Shown: positions 48,611 through 58,886, counted from the stretch's first letter. The stretch: DNA of 64,000 nucleotides from Oscillospiraceae bacterium (GCA_015068765.1 SVJY01000004.1:8888-72887); one strand, 5' to 3'. Notes: a model not told the origin generated them from the letters alone. Program-made: numbers and translations.

Positions 48611-48765
48611 TTGAGTACATCCCTTTCTTGTTTTTAGGGCATAAATATCCCTTCGTTCTTTTCTATAGAGTAGTATATCATACTTTCCTTCCCTTGTGAA
48701 GTGGTAAGTCTACCAAATTAAACGTTAAAATTTTGTCAATTTTGCATAACAAATCGCTTTAATTG

Positions 48766-49197
48766 TCAAAAATTGGAAGAATCAAGTCCGTGCATAAAGC
48801 CATCCAGTGCCGGCGACATGATATCACCGCCGATAATCTTCCCGTCGCACCAGTACAAATTGGCGTAGACCCCCTCCCCCCACGGATGATTTTCAATCCG
48901 GAAGGAAAGATGCCGTATCTTTCTGCCGACATACGCTTCCATGGGAAAACCATTCTCGGTCTGAAGGGAAAAATACGCCTTCCATGTGGCATCCGCCGTC
49001 TCCGGAAGATGAATAACCGCTTCGGAAAACGACTCTGCCGTCTGCCAGCCTCGGTCCTTGAGAAACGCCCGGCATACTGTTTCTGCCGAGGTGTCGGGTA
49101 AGGTCCCTGCCGCGAACAGGAACACGCCTGCCAGCAGTAGAAGGGACAAAAGTTTTCGCACGGTGATGCCCTCCCCTATCCGATTTACCTGCCTCAT
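48766..49197 (-). CDS. Hypothetical signal-anchored protein (DUF4830-like)
   Basis: N-terminal TM/signal anchor, small extracytoplasmic domain. Family assignment tentative. Confidence 0.45.
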   Translation of the reverse strand: MRQVNRIGEGITVRKLLSLLLLAGVFLFAAGTLPDTSAETVCRAFLKDRGWQTAESFSEAVIHLPETADATWKAYFSLQTENGFPMEAYVGRKIRHLSFRIENHPWGEGVYANLYWCDGKIIGGDIMSPALDGFMHGLDSSNF

Positions 49198-49319
49198 ATC
49201 CTTACAGGCACACAGTGTATACTATGTTTTTCCGGGGAAAGATATTACAAAATTCCACCGCATAGCAATGGTACCGTTTGTTTTATCTATGTCCCGGAAA
49301 AGAAGCATGTATAAAACAC

Positions 49320-49348
49320 TTGCATTTTTTTCCGAAATATGGTATACT
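49320..49348 (+). promoter_or_regulatory. Sigma-70 promoter of tyrS (short leader, no T-box)
   Basis: TTGCAT, 17 nt spacer, TATACT. About 26 nt to the ATG. Confidence 0.6.
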
Positions 49349-49378
49349 GAAAAAAAATATTCTGGAAGGATGAGAAGA

Positions 49379-50596
49379 ATGGAAAATGTATTTGATACCC
49401 TCTCTGCCCGTGGTCTGATTGCACAGGTAACCCATGAGACGGAAATTCGCGAGCTGCTGGGAAAAGAGAAGGTTTCCTTTTATATCGGGTTTGACCCCAC
49501 AGCGGACAGCCTCCATGTAGGGCATTTCCTGCAAATGGTTGTTATGCGGCATATGCAGAATGCCGGGCACCGTCCCATTGCCCTTGTCGGCGGCGGCACC
49601 GGTATGGTAGGTGACCCCTCCGGCAGAACGGATATGCGGAAAATGATGACGCCGGAAACGATTCGGCATAATTGTGACTGCTTCCGCCGTCAGCTTGCTT
49701 CCGTAATTGATTTTTCGGACGATAAGGCAATTATGGTGGATAACGGCGATTGGCTTCTGGGACTGAATTATATTGAATTTCTCCGGGAAATCGGCAGTTG
49801 CTTCTCGGTAAATAAGATGCTCACGGCAGAATGCTTCAAGACCCGTCTGGAAAAAGGGCTTTCCTTCATTGAATTTAATTATATGCTCATGCAAAGCTAC
49901 GATTTTCTCCAGCTGTACAAAAAATACGGCTGTAAGCTGGAGCTGGGTGGTGACGACCAGTGGAGCAATATCCTCGGTGGTATTGATCTGGTACGCCGGA
50001 AGGAAAACGCCCAGGTTTACGGCATGACCTTTACGCTTCTTACCAACAGTGAAGGGAAAAAGATGGGCAAAACCGCCAGCGGTGCACTTTGGCTCGACCC
50101 GGAAAAGGTTTCTCCCTACGACTTTTATCAGTACTGGAGAAACGTGGACGATGCAGATGCCTGCCGCTTCTTAAAGCTTCTCACCTTCCTGCCGCTCGAA
50201 GAAATCGCAGAATATGAAAAGCTGGAAGGCCAAGCGATTAATGAAGCAAAAACACGCCTTGCCTTTGAGGTGACAAAGCTGGTACACGGTGCAGAAGAGG
50301 CCGAAAAGGCAAACGAGGCCGCAAAAGCAGTGTTTGCAGGCGGCGGCGTTTCTGCCAACATGCCCACCGCAACCGTTACGGAAGCTGACCTTTCGGAAGG
50401 GCTTCTCGGTATGCTGGTTAAAATTGGCTTTATTCCTTCCAAATCGGAAGGCAGACGGCTGGTGCAGCAGGGTGGTCTTACGGTAAACGGCGAAAAGGTT
50501 ACGCAGGACGGTCCTGTTGATAAAGAAGCCTTCGGTGAGGACGGTATGATTATAAAGCGTGGAAAGAAAGCAATTATTAAGGTGACGCTTGAATAA
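49379..50596 (+). CDS. tyrS: Tyrosine--tRNA ligase
   Basis: [20 protein letters not shown] motif, KMGKT KMSKS motif, C-terminal S4 domain. Start at MENVF 49379 with GGAAGGA RBS; the 107 upstream codons of the ORF are read-through of the leader. Confidence 0.92.
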   Translation: MENVFDTLSARGLIAQVTHETEIRELLGKEKVSFYIGFDPTADSLHVGHFLQMVVMRHMQNAGHRPIALVGGGTGMVGDPSGRTDMRKMMTPETIRHNCDCFRRQLASVIDFSDDKAIMVDNGDWLLGLNYIEFLREIGSCFSVNKMLTAECFKTRLEKGLSFIEFNYMLMQSYDFLQLYKKYGCKLELGGDDQWSNILGGIDLVRRKENAQVYGMTFTLLTNSEGKKMGKTASGALWLDPEKVSPYDFYQYWRNVDDADACRFLKLLTFLPLEEIAEYEKLEGQAINEAKTRLAFEVTKLVHGAEEAEKANEAAKAVFAGGGVSANMPTATVTEADLSEGLLGMLVKIGFIPSKSEGRRLVQQGGLTVNGEKVTQDGPVDKEAFGEDGMIIKRGKKAIIKVTLE

Positions 50597-50606
50597 GGAG
50601 ACGTGC

Positions 50607-51287
50607 ATGATTGGAATTATCACTGCCATGGAAAAGGAGATGCAGGCACTTGCCATTGAAAATGCCCGCACGGAAACGGTGGGTGGCATCCGCTTCGTCC
50701 GTGGCACAGTAGCAGGAAAAGAGGTAGCGGCCGCCGTTTGCGGCGTCGGCAAGGTATTTGCCGCCATGTGCGCCCAGACCATGGCTCTCCATATAAAACC
50801 CGATTTTATCATCAACTGCGGTGTTGCCGGCGGACTTGCCGACGATCTGAAGGTATTTGACATTGCCATTGGCACAGGTGCTGTGCAATATGATATGGAT
50901 ACCACGCCGCTGGGTGATCCCTTGGGGCTGATTTCCGGTTTGAATCTGGTACAGCTCCCCTGTGATCCCTCTCTCACCGCTACGCTTTCCGAAGCGGCAG
51001 ATGCAATCGGTCTTCATGCCCGAAAAGGTCTACTGGCTACCGGAGACCGGTTCTGTGCCTCCAAGCAGGATAAGGAATATATCACCGGTCATTTCCCTGC
51101 CATTGCCTGCGAAATGGAGGGCGGGGCTGTGGCACAGGTGTGTGCGGCAAACCGGATTCCCTGCTGTCTCTTCCGTGCCATCTCTGATTCTGCGGACGGC
51201 GATGCATCCGTTTCCTACGAAGCCTTCGCCACAGAAGCGGCGAAAAACGCAGGCAGACTGATGACGGCTTTTCTACAGAAGTTGTAA
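50607..51287 (+). CDS. mtnN: 5'-methylthioadenosine/S-adenosylhomocysteine nucleosidase
   Basis: MIGIITAMEKE N-terminus, GVAGG and EMEGGAVAQV motifs. Confidence 0.9.
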   Translation: MIGIITAMEKEMQALAIENARTETVGGIRFVRGTVAGKEVAAAVCGVGKVFAAMCAQTMALHIKPDFIINCGVAGGLADDLKVFDIAIGTGAVQYDMDTTPLGDPLGLISGLNLVQLPCDPSLTATLSEAADAIGLHARKGLLATGDRFCASKQDKEYITGHFPAIACEMEGGAVAQVCAANRIPCCLFRAISDSADGDASVSYEAFATEAAKNAGRLMTAFLQKL

Positions 51288-51343
51288 GCCGCGGAAAAAA
51301 ATGAACCAAATTTTCTTTGACAATTCCCCGTAGATGAAGTGAA

Positions 51344-51386
51344 CCCCATTTATTAGACAAAATAAAGTCTAACAAATGGGGTTTTT
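51344..51386. terminator. Intrinsic terminator between mtnN and the convergent engB
   Basis: CCCCATTTATTAGAC-aaaataaa-GTCTAACAAATGGGG plus TTTTT. Confidence 0.6.
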
Positions 51387-51407
51387 ACGATGTTTTTCCT
51401 TCACATT

Positions 51408-52007
51408 TCATAGTTCCACACCGGTGATCCGGCTGATTTCCTGCCAAAGTTCGTCTTTTCCCGTACCCTTTTCGCCGGAGAACGCCAGAAGCGTATCGTT
51501 TTCTGAAAGACCGAGGGTAGAACGGATAAGGTCGAGTGCGGGCGGTAGCTTTGTTATGCCCAGTTTATCTGCCTTTGTGGCCACAACGGTCACTTCTCCG
51601 AACCGTTCCCGGATCCAGGAATACATCATCACATCCTGCGTGGTGGGCTTATGCCGTGCATCCACCAAAAGCAGTACGCCGCAGAGGGGTACACTTTTAT
51701 CCAGATAGGTGTTAATCATAGCCCCCCATTTTTCCTGCTCTGCCTTGGAGACCCGGGCAAAGCCATAGCCCGGCAAATCTACCAGAAACAGCTGGTCGTC
51801 AATATTATAAAAGTTTATTGTGGCGGTTTTACCGGGCGTGGATGATGTACGGGCGAGCTTGTTCCGGTTTAAAAGCTTATTGATGCAGGAGGATTTCCCC
51901 ACATTGGAACGCCCTGCCATGGCGATTTCCGGCATGCCGGTCGCAGGATACTGCCGGGGATGGACGGCTGAAATTGTCAGCTCTGCACGGTGTAAATTCA
52001 GCTGCAT
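51408..52007 (-). CDS. engB: Ribosome biogenesis GTPase YihA/YsxC (EngB)
   Basis: G1 GRSNVGKSS, G3 DLPGYG, G4 TKADK. Start at MQLNL with GGAGGAA RBS. Confidence 0.9.
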   Translation of the reverse strand: MQLNLHRAELTISAVHPRQYPATGMPEIAMAGRSNVGKSSCINKLLNRNKLARTSSTPGKTATINFYNIDDQLFLVDLPGYGFARVSKAEQEKWGAMINTYLDKSVPLCGVLLLVDARHKPTTQDVMMYSWIRERFGEVTVVATKADKLGITKLPPALDLIRSTLGLSENDTLLAFSGEKGTGKDELWQEISRITGVEL

Positions 52008-52636
52008 AATAGTTCCTCCATTTCTTCTACTGTGTTCACCAGATATTCCGGACGTACCGCACAAAGGGCTTCATGGTCCCCAAAGCCGTACAATACGCCT
52101 AAAGTAGGAAGTCCGTTCACTCTGGCCCCCTCCACATCAAACACAGTATCGCCCACCATCAGAATTCTCTTTCCGGTGGCCATAGATGCCGCCAGCTTCA
52201 CAATTTTGTCTTTCGTCTCAAAGTTCTTGTCAAACCCGGCACCCACAATTTCCTCAAAGAAGCCGGCAAGATTCCATTCCTCTAAAATGATGCGGGAGTA
52301 GACGGTAGGTTTGGCCGTTGCGACAAACAGCTCTTTTCCTGCCTCTTTCAGCTTTTGCAATAGCTCCGGGATGCCGTCGTAGGGCACCGTCTGGTGCACG
52401 CCCTTATCTGCATAATATACTCTATACGCCGCCAGCAGTGCCGTGGCGGTTTCCTCGTCCACGCCGCAGTATTTTTGGAAGGAATCCCGAATGGGGGGAC
52501 CGATGAATTTTTCCCGCGTTTCATAAGGCAGGGGCGGATAGCCCATATTTTCCAGTGCAAACCGTACCCCTTCTGTAATGCCTTCCGCACTGTTTACAAG
52601 CGTTCCATCCAGGTCAAATAAAATTGTATCGTACAT
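51998..52636 (-). CDS. HAD-superfamily hydrolase (phosphoglycolate-phosphatase-like)
   Basis: ILFDLDGTLVNS motif I, motifs II-IV (VGDTVFDVEGA). Confidence 0.8.
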   Translation of the reverse strand: MYDTILFDLDGTLVNSAEGITEGVRFALENMGYPPLPYETREKFIGPPIRDSFQKYCGVDEETATALLAAYRVYYADKGVHQTVPYDGIPELLQKLKEAGKELFVATAKPTVYSRIILEEWNLAGFFEEIVGAGFDKNFETKDKIVKLAASMATGKRILMVGDTVFDVEGARVNGLPTLGVLYGFGDHEALCAVRPEYLVNTVEEMEELLCS

Positions 52637-52685
52637 ATTTTCCTCCGTTTAAAAACGGAGCTGCGTCCCCGCAACCCCGTTTTTT

Positions 52686-53084
52686 TTAATTACGTACAAG
52701 ATTACGCCAATCTAAGTCGCCCCGGCTCAGACCTAAGACAAGCACCTCTGCCGTGGCCATATTGGTGGCAATCGGAATGGTGTGTACATCGCAAAGACGT
52801 ACAATCGTGGATACATCCGGCTCATACGGCATAGCTGTCAGCGGATCTTCAAAAAACAGCACCAGATCAATTTCGTTATAGGCGATGCGTGAACCAATCT
52901 GCTGGTCACCGCCCTGAGGGCCGGATAAAAACTTCTGCACCGGGAGTCCCGTAGTTTCCTCAACCAGATTCCCTGTTCCGGCAGTGGAAAACAGATTGTG
53001 CTGTACTAAAACTGCTTTATATGCCGTACAGAATTGAACCATCAGCTCTTTTTTCTTGTCGTGCGCAATCAATGCAATGTTCAT
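52686..53084 (-). CDS. mgsA: Methylglyoxal synthase
   Basis: [10 protein letters not shown]...LFSTAGTG signature. 132 aa. Confidence 0.9.
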   Translation of the reverse strand: MNIALIAHDKKKELMVQFCTAYKAVLVQHNLFSTAGTGNLVEETTGLPVQKFLSGPQGGDQQIGSRIAYNEIDLVLFFEDPLTAMPYEPDVSTIVRLCDVHTIPIATNMATAEVLVLGLSRGDLDWRNLVRN

Positions 53085-53146
53085 ATGTATCCCTCTATTC
53101 TGTCATATATTTTTACAGAGCATACGGAAGCATCTTCCGCCGTCTG

Positions 53147-53938
53147 TTATTTTCGCTTTTTTCTGCCGAGAAAAAATCTCCGCCGTTTTTTACCGCCGAT
53201 ATCCAGAAGGGGCACCGTTATACCGTTCAGCCTTTTGGCAATATTTTGGTAGGCAAGGGCCGCCTTGCTGTTTCCGTCCTCGAAAATCAGTCCGCCCCGT
53301 GCCGTCTGCCGCAGAACGGCTTCGTCCTCCGGTACAACGCCCAGAAGCGGTGTTGCCAGCCATTCAATGATTTCCTCTACCTTCAGGATAATACCGTCCT
53401 CGGCAAGGTGGGGGCGCATCCGGTTGATAATCAGGCCCCTTTTTTCAATTCCTTCCTTTGCAAGACAGTCTATTACTCTGTCCGCATCCCGTACCGCCGC
53501 GGTTTCCGGCACTGTAACGACCAGTGCCCGGTCCGCCGCCTTCGTGGCATTGGCAAAGCCTCTGCCAAGTCCCGCCGGACAGTCTATCAAAACATAGTCG
53601 TAATTCTCACGAAGCTCCCGGCAGAGCATTTCCATATCTTCCGGGCTTACATCGTCTCCTTCCCTTGTCTGCGATGCCGCCAGAAGACAAAGATTTTTAT
53701 ACTTCCCGTGGTGCACAAGTGCCTGCCGCAATCTGCAATTTTTCTCTATCACGTCCACAAGGTCATAGACAATTTTATCTGCAAGTCCCAGTGCCACATC
53801 CAAATTCCGGAGGCCGATATCCGCATCCAAGACCACGACGGATTTTCCTTCCATGGCAAGTGCTACACCAAGGCCCGCTGTCGTCGCCGTTTTCCCGACG
53901 CCGCCCTTTCCGGACGTGATTACGACTACCTCGCCCAT
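53147..53938 (-). CDS. minD: Septum site-determining ATPase MinD
   Basis: Deviant Walker A VVITSGKGGVGKTATTAGL. C-terminal basic amphipathic membrane-targeting sequence KKRRRFFLGRKKRK. Confidence 0.85.
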   Translation of the reverse strand: MGEVVVITSGKGGVGKTATTAGLGVALAMEGKSVVVLDADIGLRNLDVALGLADKIVYDLVDVIEKNCRLRQALVHHGKYKNLCLLAASQTREGDDVSPEDMEMLCRELRENYDYVLIDCPAGLGRGFANATKAADRALVVTVPETAAVRDADRVIDCLAKEGIEKRGLIINRMRPHLAEDGIILKVEEIIEWLATPLLGVVPEDEAVLRQTARGGLIFEDGNSKAALAYQNIAKRLNGITVPLLDIGGKKRRRFFLGRKKRK

Positions 53939-54030
53939 TTCTTTCCTCCACTTCCCTATCTATATATCCATATTATAGCATATTTCCGAAAAATAGTCTA
54001 TTCTTTTTTCAGTTTTTTTATTTTTACCGC

Positions 54031-56052
54031 CTACGGCAGGAGTATGTTGGTTTTTGTAACAGAATCTTCCTCCACCGTACTTGTGAAATAGGTTTCCATA
54101 ACGTCACGCACGGCGATAGCCGCATTAGAGCCATGCACGCCCTCTTCAATCACCGCACAAACGGCAATGGCAGGATTATCATACGGGGCAAAGCCTACGA
54201 AAATAGCATTATCTGCCCGTCCCGAAACCTCTGCCGTACCGGTTTTGCCACCGACGGGGACATCAAAGTTTTCAAAAACGGTGCTGGCTGTACCCAGCTC
54301 AACCACGTCCCGCATCCCTTCTAAAATTGCCCTTAGATTCTCCGGTGCTATATCAATTTCCGAGAGCACCGTGGGCTTTGTTTCCTGTACCAGCTCTCCG
54401 GTTTCCGAATCACGCACCGCCTTTACAATATGCGTTTTATACCGGGTGCCGCCGTTTACGATTGTTGCCAGATAATTGGCAAGCTGTAAGGGCGTAAACA
54501 GGTTTTTGGACTGCCCGATTGCATATTGCAGCGTGTCACCGGGCACCCATTTCCCACCGTCCGCTTCCGTCTGTGCCGGGCTTGCCAGCTTGCCGATATT
54601 CTCTTCCTCGGTAAGCTCGATTCCTGTGGCTTCTCCCAGACCCAGAAGGTGGGCGTAGGTGTTCATTTTTTCAATGGTTGTACGCCGTCCCACATCATAG
54701 AAGAAGTAGTTGCAGGAATACTTCAGTGCCTCTGTCACATTGACCGGGCCGTGGGTCGCCCCGGTGCCTCGGTAAATCCAGCAAATCGGCTGATAGTCAT
54801 CATAATACTTATAAATGCCCTCGTCCTCGATGATATCGTCAGGCCTGATCACTCCTTCCTCCAGTGCCGCCAGTGCCGTTGCCATTTTAAAAGTGGAGCC
54901 CGGCTCATATGCCCCGCCGATTGCCCGGTTGAACATGGGCAGATTGGGGTCTGTGCTCAAGGCTTCGTAATCCTCATAAAACCGTGCCGGGTCATAGCTG
55001 GGATAGGAAGCAAGTGCCAAAATCTCGCCCGTATTCACATCAATAGCCGCCAATGCACCGCAAGCGGCATTTTCTCCTTCCCCGTCCTCGTTCACGCTTT
55101 CCGCACGTACATATTCAATAGCGTTTTTCAGGGCCTCTTCCGCACTTTGTTGGAGTGCCAAATCCAGTGTCAGAACCACATTGTCACCCTTTTTTGACGG
55201 TTTTTCCTCTCGGGTACGCACCGTCTGTCCGTCCGCACTTTTTTCCACACGGTTTAGCCCATCCTCACCTCTGAGTGCATCCTCCAGATACCGTTCGATT
55301 CCCTGCTTGCCGATACTGTCGTTCATAGCATAATTTTTGTCCCGGAGCTGTTCATATTCTTCCTTATATATTTTTCCCGTCTGTCCCAGAATGTGTGCTG
55401 CCACATTGCCGTTTACGAATTTCCGCACCGGTGAGGTTTCAATGGCAATCCCCGGAAACTCCATTTTCTGTTCCAGTAGCCGAGTCATAAGAGTATGAGA
55501 AATGCCTTCTGCCAATGTATAGGACGTGTCCTCAGAAAAGCCGGTCTGTTCCATTTCATACCGCTGGGCAATCAGCGTCAGTCGCATCTGTCCCAACGCC
55601 TCCCGGCCCACCTGGTACCGTTTGGCAAAAAAGTCCAGCACCGTATCCCGGTCCGCATCCTCCGGAAGCTTATAGCGGCTCTTCCACGCAGACAGTGCCG
55701 TGCCGGATAGACTGAAGCCGCGGCTTGTAACCGGAAAGCTGTCGGTAACTGTTGCACCGTCCTCCTCCACAAGCTGTAAAAGCCGTACCAAAAGGGTGTT
55801 AAGCTCCTTATCCTCCATATCCCGTGGCTTATACAGCCGCAGGGCAAAAACCGTTTCATTCGTAACGAGGGGCTTGCCGTTTCGATCCAGAATATCACCG
55901 CGGGGTGCCTTGACGGCACTGGTTTTCACGAGACGAAGCCGGCTCTGCTGCAAATAGGCGTTGCCGTTTACCACCTGTAAATCCACCAGTCGACCAAGCA
56001 CTAAAAACGCAAACAGAAACACGATAAAATAGATAAACTGATACCGTTTCAT
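54031..56052 (-). CDS. mrdA: Penicillin-binding protein 2 (peptidoglycan D,D-transpeptidase)
   Basis: N-terminal TM, PBP dimerisation domain, transpeptidase motifs SxxK (STFK), SxN, KTGT. Confidence 0.9.
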   Translation of the reverse strand: MKRYQFIYFIVFLFAFLVLGRLVDLQVVNGNAYLQQSRLRLVKTSAVKAPRGDILDRNGKPLVTNETVFALRLYKPRDMEDKELNTLLVRLLQLVEEDGATVTDSFPVTSRGFSLSGTALSAWKSRYKLPEDADRDTVLDFFAKRYQVGREALGQMRLTLIAQRYEMEQTGFSEDTSYTLAEGISHTLMTRLLEQKMEFPGIAIETSPVRKFVNGNVAAHILGQTGKIYKEEYEQLRDKNYAMNDSIGKQGIERYLEDALRGEDGLNRVEKSADGQTVRTREEKPSKKGDNVVLTLDLALQQSAEEALKNAIEYVRAESVNEDGEGENAACGALAAIDVNTGEILALASYPSYDPARFYEDYEALSTDPNLPMFNRAIGGAYEPGSTFKMATALAALEEGVIRPDDIIEDEGIYKYYDDYQPICWIYRGTGATHGPVNVTEALKYSCNYFFYDVGRRTTIEKMNTYAHLLGLGEATGIELTEEENIGKLASPAQTEADGGKWVPGDTLQYAIGQSKNLFTPLQLANYLATIVNGGTRYKTHIVKAVRDSETGELVQETKPTVLSEIDIAPENLRAILEGMRDVVELGTASTVFENFDVPVGGKTGTAEVSGRADNAIFVGFAPYDNPAIAVCAVIEEGVHGSNAAIAVRDVMETYFTSTVEEDSVTKTNILLP

Positions 56053-56549
56053 CGCCTTGTCCCCCTTTCTTCCTTAGGGCGGCTGAGGCGTGTGATGGGA
56101 TAATACAAAAGCATCTGTACAATCGCCGTATACGCCGCCGTGGGAATAATGATGCGGAACAAATTATACAAAAAATTGCCCCGTCCCCAGATTGTAAAGC
56201 TGAAAAAGCACAGCACCAGCTCACAAAGAAGCGATGCCACAAAGGTAATCCCTGCTGTAATTACCGGCGTGTTCTTATACACAAGCTCCAAAAATGCCCG
56301 TGCACCCAGTGCAACATACATATATAAAAGGGCATGAAAGCCGAAGGTGCGTCCCCATAAAATATCCCAGAGCACCCCTGCCGCCAGTCCGTATATCCCT
56401 GCCTCCGCCAGTTCACCTGCCATCGCCATGGCAATCACCGTCACCAGAAGAAAGCTGGGTGATATGTCCAGTATGCCGATATGACTGCCCAGTGTGCTGT
56501 CTATTAAAAGTGCAAGAAGCAGCACTACGCTTTTCCAGATATGGCGCAT
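56049..56549 (-). CDS. mreD: Rod shape-determining protein MreD
   Basis: Small polytopic membrane protein directly after mreC. Start at MRHIWK with AGGAGG RBS. Confidence 0.75.
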   Translation of the reverse strand: MRHIWKSVVLLLALLIDSTLGSHIGILDISPSFLLVTVIAMAMAGELAEAGIYGLAAGVLWDILWGRTFGFHALLYMYVALGARAFLELVYKNTPVITAGITFVASLLCELVLCFFSFTIWGRGNFLYNLFRIIIPTAAYTAIVQMLLYYPITRLSRPKEERGTRR

Positions 56550-56550
56550 C

Positions 56551-57384
56551 TTATTCCTCCTGCCTCCGGATAACCATAACTTCCGTGATCCGTTCAAAAT
56601 CCACTGCCGGTTCAATAACCGCTTCATAATAAAGCCCCTGCGGGTCAACAGAAAGGCTCTTGATTTTTCCGATCAAAAGCTTTTCGGGATAGATGCCGCC
56701 AAGACCGGACGTTTCCACAAAATCGCCCACTGCCACCTCTGCCTCTCGGGAGAGATAGGATAAATGGCATGTCCCTTCATTCATCAGATCGAGACTGCCC
56801 TCTACCACCGCCATGTCCCCTGTCCGTTCAATAATACAGCCGGCAGCACTTCGGGAATCAATAACGGATACCACATTGCTCCAGGTACTGCCCACCTCGT
56901 ATACATAGCCTACCAGTCCGGCGTCGGTGATGACCGTGTCGTTTTTCCGCACACCATGCACCGTGCCTTTATCAATTTTAAAGGCACTAAACCATGCCCC
57001 CGGGTCTTTTGCCACAACCCTTGCACCAACCATTTCATAGTTCGTATAGGTTTCCGAAAGCGAAAGAAGTCCCCGAAGCCGTTCATTTTCGTTCCGCAAG
57101 GCGTAGAGCTCCCGGGTTTCCTCCTCCAGCTCCTTTACCCGTGCCGCCAACTGCTGGTTTTCTTCCCGGTAAGAGGAGTTGGAGCGAAAGCGGCTGAAAA
57201 AGTTTCCCGTTGCATCCCCCACACTGCGGAAAAACCGTTGCACCGGGCTCATCACCGTTCCCACCGCATCACCGGCAAAGCCTGCCTTATCCGTAGAAAT
57301 GGTGGAAACTGCCATTAAAATCAGAATCAGTACCGTTACGATCGCCAGTATTATAAAAAATTTACTTTTAAAGAAATTGGACAT
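56551..57384 (-). CDS. mreC: Rod shape-determining protein MreC
   Basis: N-terminal TM, coiled coil (LAARVKELEEETRELYALRNENERLRGLL), C-terminal beta domains. Start at MSNFFKSK with AGGAGA RBS. Confidence 0.88.
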   Translation of the reverse strand: MSNFFKSKFFIILAIVTVLILILMAVSTISTDKAGFAGDAVGTVMSPVQRFFRSVGDATGNFFSRFRSNSSYREENQQLAARVKELEEETRELYALRNENERLRGLLSLSETYTNYEMVGARVVAKDPGAWFSAFKIDKGTVHGVRKNDTVITDAGLVGYVYEVGSTWSNVVSVIDSRSAAGCIIERTGDMAVVEGSLDLMNEGTCHLSYLSREAEVAVGDFVETSGLGGIYPEKLLIGKIKSLSVDPQGLYYEAVIEPAVDFERITEVMVIRRQEE

Positions 57385-57395
57385 TTCTCTGTCTC

Positions 57396-57974
57396 CTATT
57401 CGATATTCATTTCCGCAAACAGCCGCCGCACGGCACAAAGCGGCAAGCCGACTACATTCTGAAAGTCGCCCTCTGTTTTTTCCACCAGTGCACCGCCCTT
57501 TCCCTGTATCCCGTAAGCCCCTGCCTTATCCATAGGCTCGCCGGTGGCAATATAGGTACGAATTTCTTCATCCGAAAGCGTTCGGAAGGTAACGGCTGTT
57601 TCCTCGCAGCAGGTCTTCATTCTGCCGGTTTCTGCACAAAGAAGGGCAACGCCCGTGTATACATGGTGGGTCTTACCGGAAAGCCGCGAAAGCATGGCGA
57701 AGGCCTCTTCCTCGTCTTTTGGTTTCCCCAAAACCTGCCCCGAAAGAGAAACCACCGTATCGGCTCCCAAAAGCCATTCCCCCGGCGCTTCTGCCGCTGC
57801 GGCGGCTTTCCCTGCCGCCAGAAGCTGCACCATAAGGCGTGGCTCTACCCCGTCAAACACCGATTCGTCAAAATCTGCCGGGCGGACAACATGGGCAATG
57901 CCTGCCTCCGTCAGGATTTCCCGCCGCCGAGGCGATGCGGATGCCAGTACCAATGTATGCGTCTTTTCCTTCAT
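57396..57974 (-). CDS. maf: Maf-like nucleoside-triphosphate pyrophosphatase (septum formation protein Maf)
   Basis: LVLASASPRRREIL and YTGVALL motifs. 192 aa. Confidence 0.88.
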   Translation of the reverse strand: MKEKTHTLVLASASPRRREILTEAGIAHVVRPADFDESVFDGVEPRLMVQLLAAGKAAAAAEAPGEWLLGADTVVSLSGQVLGKPKDEEEAFAMLSRLSGKTHHVYTGVALLCAETGRMKTCCEETAVTFRTLSDEEIRTYIATGEPMDKAGAYGIQGKGGALVEKTEGDFQNVVGLPLCAVRRLFAEMNIE

Positions 57975-58179
57975 GCCGGGTCTCCCTCCTGCCGGATTTT
58001 TTCCCTAATATTTTTTCCTTAATATGTATATTATACTATATTCAGGCATGAAAAGCAAAGGTATTTTCAAAAAACGCCCACTTTCTTTTTTATTGCCTCT
58101 TCCACATGATCGAAAAGGCGGAAAAACCGCCGTTTTTATCGTTTCTTTATCCTCTTGGCAAAAAAAAATAAAAAAATGC

Positions 58180-58208
58180 TTTACAAAACGGTAAAACTGT
58201 GGTATACT
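58180..58208 (+). promoter_or_regulatory. Sigma-70 promoter of tRNA-Gly
   Basis: TTTACA, 17 nt spacer, TATACT, ~14 nt upstream of the tRNA 5' end. Confidence 0.65.
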
Positions 58209-58221
58209 ATTATCTGCAAAT

Positions 58222-58297
58222 GCGAATGTAGCTCATCTGGTAGAGCGCCACCTTGCCAAGGTGGAGGTAGCGAGTTCGAGCCTCGTCATTCGCTCCA
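58222..58297 (+). tRNA. tRNA-Gly (anticodon GCC), CCA encoded
   Basis: Cloverleaf folded by hand: acceptor GCGAATG/CATTCGC, anticodon stem CCACC/GGTGG with loop TTGCCAA, T-arm GTTCGAGC, 3' TCCA. 76 nt. Confidence 0.9.
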
Positions 58298-58299
58298 AA

Positions 58300-58332
58300 A
58301 TGACGACGCACAGGTTGCGTCGTTTTTTATTT
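58300..58332 (+). terminator. Intrinsic terminator after tRNA-Gly
   Basis: GACGACGCA-cagg-TTGCGTCGT followed by TTTTTTATTT. Confidence 0.7.
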
Positions 58333-58355
58333 CTATACCTACCGAAAGGAAGTGT

Positions 58356-58886
58356 ATGCCGTTGAAAGCAAAATTATCCACAAAAACGCTGGTCTTTGCC
58401 GGGCTTCTGATTGCCCTGGAGATTGTGCTCACCCGCTTTGTTCAGATTTATCTTCCCATCTTTGCCGAAAGCCGCGACCGAATCAGCCTCGGCTTTCTTC
58501 CCGTGGCTGTAGGCGGTACCCTGTTCGGTCCGGTGGGCGGCGGCATTATTGCCGCAGTCAGTGATATTGTCCGTGCCCTTATTTTCCCACAGGGCGGTGC
58601 TATCAATCCGCTTTTTACCGTGACGGCGGCTCTGCGAGGCGTCCTCTACGGTGCGTTTCTTTATAAATCTGCCACATGGACGCGTGTTCTCCTCGTTTCC
58701 ACCGTGATCCTTTTGGCGGTGAACTTAGGGCTTAACTCTGCCTTTACCGCCTTTTCTTACGGCGGCACCTTCTGGGCAAGGCTCATCACGAAGCTGATTC
58801 CGGCCCTGTCGAACTATATTTTACAGCTTTTCGTACTGATTCCGGTACTGCCCAAGCTGGAAAGGAGTTTGGGGAAAAATGTATGA
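58356..58886 (+). CDS. ECF transporter S-component, folate-family-like (FolT-like)
   Basis: ~176-aa polytopic S-component. Start at MPLKAKLS with AAAGGAAG RBS; the upstream part of the annotated ORF runs through the tRNA and is spurious. Confidence 0.6.
   Translation: MPLKAKLSTKTLVFAGLLIALEIVLTRFVQIYLPIFAESRDRISLGFLPVAVGGTLFGPVGGGIIAAVSDIVRALIFPQGGAINPLFTVTAALRGVLYGAFLYKSATWTRVLLVSTVILLAVNLGLNSAFTAFSYGGTFWARLITKLIPALSNYILQLFVLIPVLPKLERSLGKNV

Noticed and set aside
49058-49378. N-terminal 107-codon extension of the tyrS ORF, and a possible T-box leader for tyrS
   Set aside because: The extension has no RBS and runs through a promoter (TTGCAT-17-TATACT at 49320-49348). The remaining leader (~26 nt) and the ~120-bp upstream intergenic region are too short and lack T-box motifs.
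53021-54091. 356-aa + strand ORF antisense to minD and the PBP2 3' end
   Set aside because: Shadow ORF opposite two strongly supported genes. Translation is low-complexity, Arg/Cys-rich.
58155-58355. 5' part of ORF 58155..58886 (243 aa)
   Set aside because: It reads through the tRNA-Gly gene and its terminator. The real coding sequence starts at ATG 58356 after an RBS.
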